From Bacteroidales bacterium (GTDB lineage Bacteria > Bacteroidota > Bacteroidia > Bacteroidales > WCHB1-69): 64,000 bases of DNA. Shown here in pieces: positions 17,407-27,014 of the stretch (position 1 is its first letter; the number at the start of each line of letters is the position of its first letter). Made by a program: the position numbers and the translations under genes. The stretch is taken from positions 541 through 64,540 of the forward strand of contig JAGCVQ010000094.1 in the NCBI GenBank assembly GCA_017962275.1, in the 5' to 3' direction. The notes below the pieces were generated by a model. It saw nothing but the letters and a program-made list of their open reading frames with translations. It was not told the DNA's origin and made no database searches.

Positions 17407-17408
17407 GG
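17374..17408. repeat. 7-nt word array (aataggc/atcaggc family) inside the pdxA 3' end
   Basis: The units read aataggc aacaggc atcaggc atcaggc aataggg. The array supplies the pdxA stop TAG at 17404-06 and abuts the coaX GTG. Confidence 0.8.
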
Positions 17409-18139
17409 TGGACATCGTCATCGACATAGGAAACACATTGCGGAAAGTCGCGGTCTTTTCGGAAGAGGGCGTACTCATGCGTCTTTTTTCGGAAAAACAG
17501 CTGACTGTACCTTTCTTTGAGCATCTTTTTGAAGAATTTGAGATCCGGCGGGCCATTTTCTCGTCCGTGGGCGCAGGCGACGAAGAGGTTTTGGCATGGC
17601 TGGATGCGCACACGCGCCTTGTCCGATTCTCCCACGACTGCAGGTTGCCCATCACATTGAAATACGCCACCCCGGAGACTTTGGGCACCGACCGAATTGC
17701 CAACGCCGTGGGAGCCAATGCGTTATATCCTAATTGCAATGTGCTTTCCATTATGGCCGGCACCTGCCTCGTGGCTGATTTCGTGAATGCGAACGGGGAG
17801 TATCTCGGCGGCAGCATCGCCCCGGGCATGCGGATGCGTTTCCAGGCTCTGCCGCAATTCACCGCCAAGCTGCCGCTGGTGGAACCCGAAAAAATCGATT
17901 TCCTCATCGGCGATACGACGCAAAACTCCATCCTGTCGGGCGTGATCAACGGCATGGCGGCGGAAATCGACGGTTTGATAGACCGTTACACCCAGGATTT
18001 TGACGACCTACATATAATATTTTCGGGCGGTGATTCCCCATTGCTCCAAAATTCCATAAAAAAACGTATATTTGCCGCCCAAAATCCGATTCTGTTCGGA
18101 CTGTTTAAAATATTAAAACTGAATGCTTCAGAAAACTGA
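17408..18139 (+). CDS. coaX: Type III pantothenate kinase
   Basis: It reads VDIVIDIGNT and GTDRIANAVGA. I prefer the GTG start at 17408, because the track ATG at 17360 lies inside pdxA and the repeat array. Confidence 0.85.
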   Translation: MDIVIDIGNTLRKVAVFSEEGVLMRLFSEKQLTVPFFEHLFEEFEIRRAIFSSVGAGDEEVLAWLDAHTRLVRFSHDCRLPITLKYATPETLGTDRIANAVGANALYPNCNVLSIMAGTCLVADFVNANGEYLGGSIAPGMRMRFQALPQFTAKLPLVEPEKIDFLIGDTTQNSILSGVINGMAAEIDGLIDRYTQDFDDLHIIFSGGDSPLLQNSIKKRIFAAQNPILFGLFKILKLNASEN

Positions 18140-19406
18140 CCATCGTTTGTGGATGTTTCTGTTTTGCTGCTTGTTTGCACTTTCTGCACAGGCACAGAAC
18201 GAAATCAGTATGCCCTATTCCAGCTACGGCATAGGGATGGTGAATCATTCGTCGAACGGCATCCTCGACGCCATGGGCGGGGTTTCCTACGGCATGCAGA
18301 ATCCCTATTACATCAACTTCCGGAACCCTGCCTCCTACGCGGCCTTCGATTCGCTGTCGTTCATCGCGGACGCCGCCGCGTCGGTCTATTCCTCTCATCT
18401 CAACCAAAAGCAACTCCATCAGAAAAACACCTACGCGAAACCGGGCTATATCGCCATCGGTCTGCCCGTCACGCGACACTGGCGCACCAGCGTGGGCATC
18501 AAGCCGTTCAGCGACATCGGCTACGGCATCGAAAACTCCGAAGAGATTGAAAACATCGGCAAAGTCAACTACACGTATAGCGGCGAGGGCGGCCTCAACC
18601 AACTTTACTGGGGCAACGCTTTCAAAATCTGCAAAGGGCTCTCCATCGGGTTGAATGCCAGCTACATGTTCGGTTCCGTTTACGCATACAGCAACACCGA
18701 ATTTGAAGGGAGCAACCTCTTCAACACCTACATCAACGACGCCTATTTCGTGGACGGCATCTACCTCGACGCCGGCATCCAATACCTATTCAACATCGGC
18801 GAGAATCACCGCATCGGATTAGGCGCCGTCTATAGCAACACCGCCTACATCTGGGCCAAAGAAAAACTGTTAGTAAACTCATACTCAGGAACATATATTT
18901 CCACTACGCTTTACGACACCGTCCTTTACAAAGACGATTTGCGCGGCAGACTGAACATCCCGCAGTCGATTGGCGGCGGCTTTAGCTACACCTACAAAGA
19001 CAAAATGACGATCGCCGCCGACGTGACCTGGCAGAACTGGGAGAAATACCAGTTCCTGAAGCCTTCCAACGACACCATGCGCAACTCCGTCACGGCCTCC
19101 CTCGGCTTCCAATTCATCCCCGACCCGCTCTCCAACAAGTTTTTCAAGAAAATGGCGTTCCGGGCAGGCGGAAAATATTCCACCGGGGAACTGATGCTGC
19201 GCAATAAACCTATCTCCGAGTTGGGAGTCTGTATAGGCATAGGAGTACCCCTGACAACCTTCAATACTCACTCGTCCATCAACATCCTATTCGAATACGG
19301 AAAAGTCGGAACTCTCGCCAACGATCTGGTACGCCAGAACTACTTCAGGTTCTCCTTCTGCTTCACCTTGCAAGAACGCTGGTATCAACGAGTTAAGTTA
19401 GATTAA
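18123..19406 (+). CDS. Putative outer-membrane beta-barrel protein
   Basis: It has a signal peptide ending ALSAQAQ and a Gly/Tyr/Asn-rich pattern of alternating strands. I do not recognise a family. Confidence 0.4.
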   Translation: MLQKTDHRLWMFLFCCLFALSAQAQNEISMPYSSYGIGMVNHSSNGILDAMGGVSYGMQNPYYINFRNPASYAAFDSLSFIADAAASVYSSHLNQKQLHQKNTYAKPGYIAIGLPVTRHWRTSVGIKPFSDIGYGIENSEEIENIGKVNYTYSGEGGLNQLYWGNAFKICKGLSIGLNASYMFGSVYAYSNTEFEGSNLFNTYINDAYFVDGIYLDAGIQYLFNIGENHRIGLGAVYSNTAYIWAKEKLLVNSYSGTYISTTLYDTVLYKDDLRGRLNIPQSIGGGFSYTYKDKMTIAADVTWQNWEKYQFLKPSNDTMRNSVTASLGFQFIPDPLSNKFFKKMAFRAGGKYSTGELMLRNKPISELGVCIGIGVPLTTFNTHSSINILFEYGKVGTLANDLVRQNYFRFSFCFTLQERWYQRVKLD

Positions 19407-19435
19407 ATAAGTATAACCCTATAAAAAACGAAGAA

Positions 19436-20881
19436 ATGAAAAAGATTATTGCAATCGTCGTTATGGTTCTCTGCGGAGGCTTCGTCTTCGCTCAAAGTCC
19501 CTGCTCCTTCAAATACGGAGCCAACGAGGCCGACTCCATCAAATGCTTGGAGCAAATCACCATTTTCAGAACCTTTTACAACGACAAAAACTACAAAGAC
19601 GCCTACGAGTCATGGCAGTATGTCATCCAACACAGCCCTTGCGCTTACGATGGCATCTACACCAATGCGCAAACGCTGTTCCAGAATCTGATTAAGGACG
19701 AGAAGGATTCCGCCCGTCGCGAGCTGCTTATCGACTCCCTGCTCTACACCTTTGATGTCCGCAGCACCTACTTCCCCGACAAATTCACGCCGGGTTCCGG
19801 TCTCGGATTCAAGGCTTACAACACCATCCGTTATCGGAAAGACCAGTACGAAAAGGCTTTCGACTGGTTCGTGCAATCTGTGGAAATGGAGAAGGAGAAC
19901 ACCCAGCCCGCCATTTGGGACGCTTACTTCCAGCTGGCTGAGAATCTGACCAAAGCCAAAAAGGACACCTCCATCGTGATTGAGGCTTACGAGCGTGCCA
20001 CCGACTACATCGATCTCTCCATCTTGAACGCCACCAAGTCCTACGAAGCCAGCACGGACGCTTTGGATTCCCTGCAGGCCAAGTTCGACAACGCCGAAAT
20101 CGACCGTCTGGTGCTCGACAAGCAAGCCAAGAAATACATCACCGACACCACTCGCCAGTCCAAACTCATCGTCAACTATCGCAAAACCCTGGCCAAGATC
20201 AACAACGCGGTGACGCCTTACGCTTCCTGCGAGGTGATGGAACAACTCTACACCAAGAAGTTTGAGGACATCAAGGGTGATCTCACCGCCGTCAGCAAAA
20301 TGGTCAACACGATGTTCAAGGGCGACTGCACCGACAGCCCCGTGTTCCTCGAAGGTCTGTCCATCCTCCACAAAGCCAGCCCGAGCCGCAACACGGCCTA
20401 CATGATGGGTAACCTCACCTTGAAGAAATACGCCACGAACAAGAGCGACGAGGATTTCAACGCCACCGTCAGCTACTTCAAAGAGGCTGTGAAGCTGAGT
20501 GAGACGCACGAGCAGCAAGCTGACGCCAACTACATGCTGGCCCTCGCTTACCAGCTGAAAGGTGCCAACTCTGAGGCCCGCGCCGCCGCATACGAAGCCC
20601 TCAAGGCAAGACCCAACATGGGCAAGGCTTACATCCTGATTGGTGACCTCTACTCCCGCGGATGCTCCGGCGAAAACGAGATTCCGGGCGCTTACGCCTG
20701 GGCTGCTGCCGACAAATACGCCAAGGCTGCCGCTGTTGATCCCAGCTGCGCCAACGATGCCAACAACCACCGCGCCAAACTGAGATACCCCAGCAAGGAC
20801 GAACTCTTCAAACGCGGTCTGAAGAACGGCGACACCGTACACGTGGGCTGCTGGATCCAGGAGAACACGACCGTGAGATAA
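19436..20881 (+). CDS. Secreted TPR-like repeat protein
   Basis: It has the signal peptide MKKIIAIVVMVLCGGFVFAQ and helical-repeat composition (AxxYxxAL-type motifs). Confidence 0.45.
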   Translation: MKKIIAIVVMVLCGGFVFAQSPCSFKYGANEADSIKCLEQITIFRTFYNDKNYKDAYESWQYVIQHSPCAYDGIYTNAQTLFQNLIKDEKDSARRELLIDSLLYTFDVRSTYFPDKFTPGSGLGFKAYNTIRYRKDQYEKAFDWFVQSVEMEKENTQPAIWDAYFQLAENLTKAKKDTSIVIEAYERATDYIDLSILNATKSYEASTDALDSLQAKFDNAEIDRLVLDKQAKKYITDTTRQSKLIVNYRKTLAKINNAVTPYASCEVMEQLYTKKFEDIKGDLTAVSKMVNTMFKGDCTDSPVFLEGLSILHKASPSRNTAYMMGNLTLKKYATNKSDEDFNATVSYFKEAVKLSETHEQQADANYMLALAYQLKGANSEARAAAYEALKARPNMGKAYILIGDLYSRGCSGENEIPGAYAWAAADKYAKAAAVDPSCANDANNHRAKLRYPSKDELFKRGLKNGDTVHVGCWIQENTTVR

Positions 20882-20887
20882 TCTCCG

Positions 20888-21451
20888 ATGTCGTTCAACC
20901 CTAAATATCTGTACATAAGCATCATAACGGCTTCGTTCGTTATGATGCTTTTTGCTGGCTGCAAGTCGAAGGAGGGTCACGCCCAGCTGTTGGAGTTCGA
21001 AGGCAAATTCCCTGACGAGTCGGCCGAGAACATGACCATCACGGTGAGCGATTCCGGACAGACCGCCTTCATCGTGAACGCCCCCATGCTCAACCGCTAC
21101 AACGGCGACACCACCTACACCGACTGTCCGAAAGGCATCGTAATCACCTCGTTCAACGATTACGGGCGGAAACAGGCCGTCATCACCGCCGACTATGCCT
21201 GCCAGATCAACAACAACCTCTTCAAGGCCACCGGCAACGTCATCATTTACGACTATACCAACGGCGACTCCGTTATCACCGAGGAGGTGATCTGGGACCA
21301 GCGCAAACGCTCCATCTATTCCACCAAGCAGGTGAAGCAGGTGAAACGGGACGGCTCAGTGAACTACGGGGACGGTTTCGACGCGGACGAACGGTTTACG
21401 AAATACACCATCATTCACCCTCACGGGGAGATGGTGGGATATGATTTCTGA
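20888..21451 (+). CDS. lptC: LptC-like periplasmic LPS export protein
   Basis: It has an N-terminal anchor, beta-jellyroll-like repeats (ATGNVIIYDYTNGDSVITEEVIWD) and a size of 187 aa. Confidence 0.5.
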   Translation: MSFNPKYLYISIITASFVMMLFAGCKSKEGHAQLLEFEGKFPDESAENMTITVSDSGQTAFIVNAPMLNRYNGDTTYTDCPKGIVITSFNDYGRKQAVITADYACQINNNLFKATGNVIIYDYTNGDSVITEEVIWDQRKRSIYSTKQVKQVKRDGSVNYGDGFDADERFTKYTIIHPHGEMVGYDF

Positions 21452-21459
21452 CAAACTGT

Positions 21460-21572
21460 CATTGGCTCATGCGTATATAGGCATTGGCTCATGCGTATAT
21501 AGGCATCGGCTCATGCGTATATAGGCATCGGCTTATGCGTATATAGGCATCGGCTTATGCGTATAGGCATCG
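21460..21572. repeat. Tandem 22-bp minisatellite, about 5.2 copies
   Basis: The unit is CATTGGCTCATGCGTATATAGG. Units lie at 21460, 21482, 21504, 21526 and 21548 (the last is 20 bp), plus a partial copy. Variants change stepwise (catTggctCat, then catCggctCat, then catCggctTat). Confidence 0.9.
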
Positions 21573-21578
21573 ACGGAG

Positions 21579-21650
21579 TAGTCCCGAGGGGAATCGAACC
21601 CCTATCAAAAGTTTAGGAAACTTCCGTTCTATCCATTGAACTACAGGACC
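21579..21650 (-). tRNA. tRNA-Arg (anticodon CCT)
   Basis: I folded it by hand. The acceptor is GGTCCTG/CGGGACT with two G-U pairs, the anticodon loop is TTCCTAA, and the T-arm is AGGGG-TTCGATT-CCCCT. Confidence 0.85.
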
Positions 21651-21667
21651 CTTTGCGAAAAAGCGCG

Positions 21668-21675
21668 CAAAAATA
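21668..21675 (-). promoter_or_regulatory. -7 promoter box TATTTTTG (tRNA-Arg-CCT)
   Basis: It lies 17 nt upstream of the tRNA 5' end. Confidence 0.5.
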
Positions 21676-21710
21676 CAACTTTTTCGGTATCGGGTGACAT
21701 CAAAAGAAAA

Positions 21711-21732
21711 GGCGCGAATGTCTGTTCGCGCC
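21711..21732. terminator. Bidirectional intrinsic terminator
   Basis: The structure is GGCGCGAA-TGTCTG-TTCGCGCC, flanked by an A-run and a T-run. It sits just after the pepT stop. Confidence 0.75.
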
Positions 21733-21756
21733 TTTTCTTTGTTAATAAACTGACAA

Positions 21757-22968
21757 TCAGCACTTCGCGATGTTCACAATCACCTCCGTGGCTTTCACCA
21801 TGGACTCAAGCGGCACGTACTCGTACTTACCGTGGAAATTGTGGCCGCCGGCGAAGATGTTGGGACAGGGAAGGTTGCGGAACGAGAGGTTCGCGCCGTC
21901 TGTACCGCCGCGGATAGGCACGATGACCGGCTCCACACCGGCCTCCTTCATCGCCTTCACAGCACGTTCCACCACGTAATAGACCGGCTCTACTTTCTCC
22001 CTCATGTTGTAATACTGATCCTTAATTTCGCAGGTAATGCAATTTTTGTATTTGATATTCAGGAAGTTGACAATTTCCTGCATGAATGCCTTCTGCGCCT
22101 CGAAAGCCTCGCGGTCGTGGTTGCGGATGATGTACGACATTTTCGTCTCCTCCACCGTGCCCTCGATATGCGTGAGCAGGTAGAAACCTTCGTAATCCTG
22201 CGTGTGCTCCGGACGTTGCGCAGCAGGCAGCAAGTTGTTGAGTTCCATAGCGATAAGCTGAGAATTGACCATTTTGTTCTTGGCATATCCGGGATGGATG
22301 TTCTTGCCTTGGATGCGGATGTTGGCGCCGGCAGCATTGAAGTTTTCGAATTCCAGTTCTCCGATGGCGCCACCATCCATCGTATAGGCGAAATCACAGC
22401 CGAAGGCCTCCACGTCGAAGAATTTCACGCCGTTGCCGACCTCTTCGTCGTGCGAGAAAGCCACCTTGATGTCGCCGTGTTTGATTTCGGGATGTTGGAT
22501 GAGGTATTCCATCGCGCAGACTATTTCCGCCACGCCCGCTTTGTCATCGGCCCCGAGCAGCGTCTTGCCATCGGTGGTAAGGATGGTTAACCCTTTGTAA
22601 TCCAGCAGTTCCGGAAATTCCTCGGGCGAAAGCACCGTATTGGTTTCCTTGTCGAGGACGATGGTGCCGCCGTCGTAGTTCGGAATAATCACGGGCGCAG
22701 CGATGCCGGGCATGTCGGGTGCGGTGTCGAGATGCGCCATAAAGCCGATTACGGGTTGTTTTTCCGTGGTGTTGGCGGGAAGCAGCGCGGTTACATAACC
22801 GTGCTGGTCTTTTGTAACATTCTGCATGCCAATATTTTTCAATTCCTCCACCATGACATCGGCAAAATCGAGGAGCGCCTGCGTGCTCGGATAGGTTTCC
22901 GAATTCGGATCCGCGGTGGTCGCGTAGGAGATATACTTGCTGAAACGTTGCAACAAAAGGTCTTTCAT
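21757..22968 (-). CDS. pepT: Peptidase T (M20B tripeptide aminopeptidase)
   Basis: It begins MKDLLLQRFSKYISYATTADPNSETYPST and carries HLDT, DDKAG and GGTDGA motifs. I chose the start at 22968 (the 25th residue, M25, of the track ORF). Confidence 0.85.
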   Translation of the reverse strand: MKDLLLQRFSKYISYATTADPNSETYPSTQALLDFADVMVEELKNIGMQNVTKDQHGYVTALLPANTTEKQPVIGFMAHLDTAPDMPGIAAPVIIPNYDGGTIVLDKETNTVLSPEEFPELLDYKGLTILTTDGKTLLGADDKAGVAEIVCAMEYLIQHPEIKHGDIKVAFSHDEEVGNGVKFFDVEAFGCDFAYTMDGGAIGELEFENFNAAGANIRIQGKNIHPGYAKNKMVNSQLIAMELNNLLPAAQRPEHTQDYEGFYLLTHIEGTVEETKMSYIIRNHDREAFEAQKAFMQEIVNFLNIKYKNCITCEIKDQYYNMREKVEPVYYVVERAVKAMKEAGVEPVIVPIRGGTDGANLSFRNLPCPNIFAGGHNFHGKYEYVPLESMVKATEVIVNIAKC

Positions 22969-23029
22969 ATTTCTAAGATTTTGGTTATTAAACACTTGTT
23001 GAAAAAAAGCCCGTTTTGAGGGGGAAAGG

Positions 23030-23037
23030 CAAAGGTA
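23030..23037 (-). promoter_or_regulatory. -7 promoter box TACCTTTG (pepT)
   Basis: The reverse complement of CAAAGGTA matches the box. It lies 61 nt upstream of ATG 22968. Confidence 0.4.
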
Positions 23038-23094
23038 CATTTTTTTTAAGAATTTTTTCGAAAAAAAACACTTGACAAACGCCTAAAAATATTG

Positions 23095-23102
23095 TATCTT
23101 TG
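23095..23102 (+). promoter_or_regulatory. -7 promoter box TATCTTTG (queA)
   Basis: It lies 19 nt before ATG 23122. Confidence 0.5.
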
Positions 23103-23121
23103 CGCGCCAAAATTTTAGTGG

Positions 23122-24195
23122 ATGAAATTATCTGAATTTAAGTATTATTTACCTCAGGAGCTGATCGCGCTTCACCCTGTGGAGGAGCGTGACGAAGCGC
23201 GTATGATGGTGCTCAATAGAAAGACGAAAACCATTGAGCATAAGCTATTTAAAGATATTATTGACTATTTCGACGAAGGGGATTTGTTCGTGATGAACAA
23301 CACCCGCGTCTTCCCCGCGCTGATGTTCGGCGAGAAGGAGCAGACACGCGCCCAGATCCGCGTTTTCCTGCTGCGTGAGCTCGATGAGGAGAGCCGTCTG
23401 TGGGACGTGCTGGTCGATCCCGCCCGCAAGATCCGCATCGGCAACAAGCTCTCGTTCACCGAAGACGACAGTTTGGTGGCCGAGGTCATCGACAACACGA
23501 CCTCCCGCGGCCGCACCCTGCGTTTCCTCTTCGACGGCGACCACGATGCCTTCAAGAAGAAACTGATGGAAATCGGCACCACCCCGCTGCCCAACGACAT
23601 CCAGCGTCTGCGCGAGATCGAGCCGAGCGACGAGGACGACTACCAGACCATCTACGCCACTGAGGAAGGTGCCGTGGTGGCTCCCGCGGCCGGATTCCAC
23701 TTCAGCCGTTTCCTGCTCTCCAAGATGGAGCTCAAGGGCATCGAACGCACCTACATCACCTTGCACGCCGGATTAAGTAATTTTAACGATATTGACGTGG
23801 AGGATTTGTCGAAGCACAAACCCGATTCCGAGCGAATGATTATCCGTGCGGCCGTGGCCGACAAAATCAACGAGGCCAAAAAGGAAGGCCACAAAATCGC
23901 GGTGGTCGGCACCACCACGATGAAGGCTCTGGAGTCTTCCGTCTATGACAGCGGCATGGTGAAAACCACTGAAATGAACGGCAAAGAGGACATGTGGACC
24001 AACAAGTTCATCTACCCGCCTTACCGCTTCAAAGTGGCCAATGCCATGGTCACCAACTTCCATGCCCCGCAAAGCTCCATGCTGATGATGGTGGCGGCGT
24101 TCGGCGGCTATGAATTCGTGATGAAAGCCTACAAGGAGGCTGTGGCGGAGAAATACCGCTTCCTCACCTACGGCGATGCAATGTTGATTATTTAA
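23122..24195 (+). CDS. queA: S-adenosylmethionine:tRNA ribosyltransferase-isomerase
   Basis: It begins MKLSEFKYYLPQELIALHP and carries VGTTTMKALES. Confidence 0.9.
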   Translation: MKLSEFKYYLPQELIALHPVEERDEARMMVLNRKTKTIEHKLFKDIIDYFDEGDLFVMNNTRVFPALMFGEKEQTRAQIRVFLLRELDEESRLWDVLVDPARKIRIGNKLSFTEDDSLVAEVIDNTTSRGRTLRFLFDGDHDAFKKKLMEIGTTPLPNDIQRLREIEPSDEDDYQTIYATEEGAVVAPAAGFHFSRFLLSKMELKGIERTYITLHAGLSNFNDIDVEDLSKHKPDSERMIIRAAVADKINEAKKEGHKIAVVGTTTMKALESSVYDSGMVKTTEMNGKEDMWTNKFIYPPYRFKVANAMVTNFHAPQSSMLMMVAAFGGYEFVMKAYKEAVAEKYRFLTYGDAMLII

Positions 24196-24217
24196 CGTTT
24201 TTTAATACGATATAACT

Positions 24218-25252
24218 ATGTCAAAAGCATATCAGGAAGCAGGCGTGCAGCTGGAGGCCGGCTATGAGTCGGTGCGCCTCATCAAGAAACACATTTCCCG
24301 CACCAACCGCCCCGGCATGATGGGCAACATCGGCAGCTTCGGCGGCATGTTCGACCTCGCCTCCCTCGGCTACAAGGAACCCGTTCTGGTGAGCGGCACC
24401 GACGGCGTGGGCACCAAACTGAAATTGGCGTTCATGATGGACCGCCACGACACCATCGGGCAGGACGCCGTCGCCATGTGCGTGAACGACGTGCTCGCCC
24501 AGGGCGCGGCCCCCCTCTTCTTCCTCGACTATATCGCCGTGGGCAAGAACCACCCCGCGAAAATCGAGGCGATTGTGAAAGGCGTGGCCGATGGCTGCGT
24601 CCTCTCCAATTGCGCCCTCATCGGCGGCGAAACGGCCGAGATGCCTGACATGTACGACGAAGACGAGTACGACATTGCCGGTTTCACCGTCGGCGCGGTA
24701 GAGAAATCCAAACTCATCGACGGTTCCAAAGTCAATGTCGGGGATGTGCTCATCGGTCTGGCTTCCAGCGGCGTGCACTCTAACGGATTCTCCCTCGTCC
24801 GCAAAATCGTCTTCAAAGACAACCAGTTAGACCTCAACACGAAATACGACACCCTGCCCGACACGCTCGGCAACGTGCTGCTCACCCCCACGCGCATCTA
24901 CGTGAAGCCCGTCTTGGAAGTGTTAAAAAGTGTTGACATTCACGCTATCTGCCACATCACCGGCGGCGGCTTCGACGAGAACATCCCGCGTGCGCTGCGT
25001 CCGGGACAAGGCATCTTCGTCGATGAGCACAATTGGGAGAAACCCGCCATTTTCGCTTTCCTCGAAAAATACGGCAAAGTCGATCACCGCGAAATGTTCA
25101 ACGTCTTCAACATGGGCATCGGCATGGTCCTGATGGTCGATCCGAAGGACGCCGACCAAACGGTGAAGATGTTCAACGAACTGGGCGAAAAGGCCTACGT
25201 TATCGGCAATGTCACCGACAAAGAAGGGGTGGTCGATATTCGTTTGAAATGA
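24218..25252 (+). CDS. purM: Phosphoribosylformylglycinamidine cyclo-ligase (AIR synthetase)
   Basis: It carries [25 protein letters not shown] and GGETAEMP. Confidence 0.9.
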   Translation: MSKAYQEAGVQLEAGYESVRLIKKHISRTNRPGMMGNIGSFGGMFDLASLGYKEPVLVSGTDGVGTKLKLAFMMDRHDTIGQDAVAMCVNDVLAQGAAPLFFLDYIAVGKNHPAKIEAIVKGVADGCVLSNCALIGGETAEMPDMYDEDEYDIAGFTVGAVEKSKLIDGSKVNVGDVLIGLASSGVHSNGFSLVRKIVFKDNQLDLNTKYDTLPDTLGNVLLTPTRIYVKPVLEVLKSVDIHAICHITGGGFDENIPRALRPGQGIFVDEHNWEKPAIFAFLEKYGKVDHREMFNVFNMGIGMVLMVDPKDADQTVKMFNELGEKAYVIGNVTDKEGVVDIRLK

Positions 25253-26091
25253 AATACCTCGGACCACACGTCAGCGCCTCCGGAGGCGTGGAGAACGCCC
25301 CGCTGAACGCCATGCAGGTGGGCGCCACGGCGTTTGCCCTGTTCACGAAAAACCAGCGGCAGTGGTTCTCCGCACCTTTGAGCGAAAAATCCATCTCCGC
25401 CTTCAAGGAAAACCTCGAAAAATCGGGCATTTCCACCGACTATGTGCTGCCGCACGACAGCTACCTCATCAACCTTGGCAGTCCCGATGCGGAGGGCTTA
25501 GAAAAATCCCGCAACTCGTTCCTCGAAGAGATGCAACGCTGCGAGCAACTCGGGTTAAAAATGCTTAATTTCCATCCGGGCAGTCACCTCAAACAGATCA
25601 CCTTGGAAGAATGTCTCACCCGCGTGGCCGAAAGCATCAACTTCGCATTGAACAAAACCCAGGGTGTGACCGCCGTCATTGAGAACACGGCCGGACAAGG
25701 CTCCAACGTGGGCTTCAGCTTCCAACATTTAGCGTATATCATTGACAAAGTGGAAGATAAGAGTCGTGTAGGGGTCTGTCTCGACACCTGCCACACCTAC
25801 TCCGCGGGCTACGACCTCAAAACCGAAGCAGGCTACAAAACCACCTTCGAAGAATTTGAGGAAGAGGTTGGGTTCAAGTACCTGCGGGCCATCCATCTCA
25901 ACGACACAAAGAAAGAGTTCGGTAGCCGCGTGGATCGCCACGACAGCATCGGCAAGGGTCTTTTGGGCATGGAATTCTTCGAACGCTTCATGAAAGACCC
26001 GCGTTTCGATAACATGCCGTTGATTCTCGAAACCCCGGACGAAACGTTGTGGGCAGAGGAGATTCAACGGCTGTTGGCGGTTAGCTGTTAG
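25249..26091 (+). CDS. nfo: Endonuclease IV
   Basis: It begins [13 protein letters not shown] and has HxxYLINL and LNFHPGSH motifs. Its ATG overlaps the purM stop (ATGA at 25249-52). Confidence 0.9.
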   Translation: MKYLGPHVSASGGVENAPLNAMQVGATAFALFTKNQRQWFSAPLSEKSISAFKENLEKSGISTDYVLPHDSYLINLGSPDAEGLEKSRNSFLEEMQRCEQLGLKMLNFHPGSHLKQITLEECLTRVAESINFALNKTQGVTAVIENTAGQGSNVGFSFQHLAYIIDKVEDKSRVGVCLDTCHTYSAGYDLKTEAGYKTTFEEFEEEVGFKYLRAIHLNDTKKEFGSRVDRHDSIGKGLLGMEFFERFMKDPRFDNMPLILETPDETLWAEEIQRLLAVSC

Positions 26092-26096
26092 CTTTC

Positions 26097-26159
26097 CCTA
26101 TTGCCTCTATCCTATTGCCTTTTGCCTTTTGCCTTTTGCCTATTGCCTTTTGCCTCCTA
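26097..26159. repeat. 7-nt word array (cctattg/ccttttg family), nine units
   Basis: It lies between the convergent nfo stop (26089-91) and the kinase stop (26157-59). It is the reverse complement of the GGCAATAG family. Confidence 0.85.
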
Positions 26160-27014
26160 CGGGAACACCAGCGCGAAAACCGTCTGGTGGCGGTCGCTTT
26201 GGCGTAGCAAGAGGGAGCCGTTATGGCGTTGCATGATGCGGCGCGAGAGGCTCAGTCCGATGCCGTTACCGTTAGGTTTGGTGGAATAGAAGGGCACGAA
26301 AATCTCCTCTTGCTGGCGCAATGGAACAGGCTTGCCGTTGTTGCGCACCTGAATCACCGTGCGATCCTCGTTGTCTAATTCGGCCATCAACTTAATTTCC
26401 GAGGCATTCGCCTCCAACGCATTCTTAACCAGATTGTTGAAAACCTGCATCAACTGCGATTCGTCCGCATAAAGCATTAAGTCGGGCGGATTGACCTGGT
26501 AGGTGATGACGGCGTTGCAATCCACCACCTTGATTTCGTTGAGACGCACTACCCTATCCAACAATTCACTGACCATCAATGTTTTGCAAACAGTCGGGGT
26601 CGCTTTGGTAAACGTGCGGTACGACTCCACAAAACGAATCAGCTCCTTCGAAGAGGAGGAGATGGTCTCCAATCCCGCCTTCGTGTCCAACGTGTCGTCT
26701 TTCGCAAGGGCATCGCTGAGGGCGGCAATCGGGGTCACCGTGTTCATCATCTCGTGCGTGATGACACGGAAGAGCTTGCTCCACGAAATCTCCTCATTGT
26801 TAGCGCTTTGCCGCTCCACAATTTTGCGGATGCGGTTGAGTTCACGGTTCATAGCCGAATTATCGCGGAAACGGAAATTCGTCTCGCCATCCTCCAAAGC
26901 ATCCATCATGTAGGCCACCTTTTCGCGGTTGCGCTTCAACACCCACAAAGCAGCCAGCAAAGCCGACACAATGCAACCGCCTGCCAATATTCCTATCCAA
27001 GCCCACGTACTCAT
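26157..27014 (-). CDS. Sensor histidine kinase (one TM helix, HisKA and HATPase domains)
   Basis: It has the H-box ITHEMMNTVTPI, the N-box NLVKNALEA and the G-box GNGIGLSLSRRI. Confidence 0.8.
   Translation of the reverse strand: MSTWAWIGILAGGCIVSALLAALWVLKRNREKVAYMMDALEDGETNFRFRDNSAMNRELNRIRKIVERQSANNEEISWSKLFRVITHEMMNTVTPIAALSDALAKDDTLDTKAGLETISSSSKELIRFVESYRTFTKATPTVCKTLMVSELLDRVVRLNEIKVVDCNAVITYQVNPPDLMLYADESQLMQVFNNLVKNALEANASEIKLMAELDNEDRTVIQVRNNGKPVPLRQQEEIFVPFYSTKPNGNGIGLSLSRRIMQRHNGSLLLRQSDRHQTVFALVFP

Noticed and set aside
21460-21572. The tandem repeat could be a CRISPR array or an integration (att) scar at the tRNA.
   Set aside because: The units are contiguous with no spacers. 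No cas, integrase or phage genes are nearby. The unit shows no similarity to the tRNA 3' end.
26101-26289. Small ORFs with odd repetitive peptides. Examples are MPLSYCLLPFAFCLLPFA, the ORFs at 36118-36349, and the tail of the 4097-5020 ORF (PPFGHPSKGGE).
   Set aside because: They are translations of the heptamer arrays and the REP-A/REP-B elements, not genes. The shared peptides simply reflect the repeated DNA.
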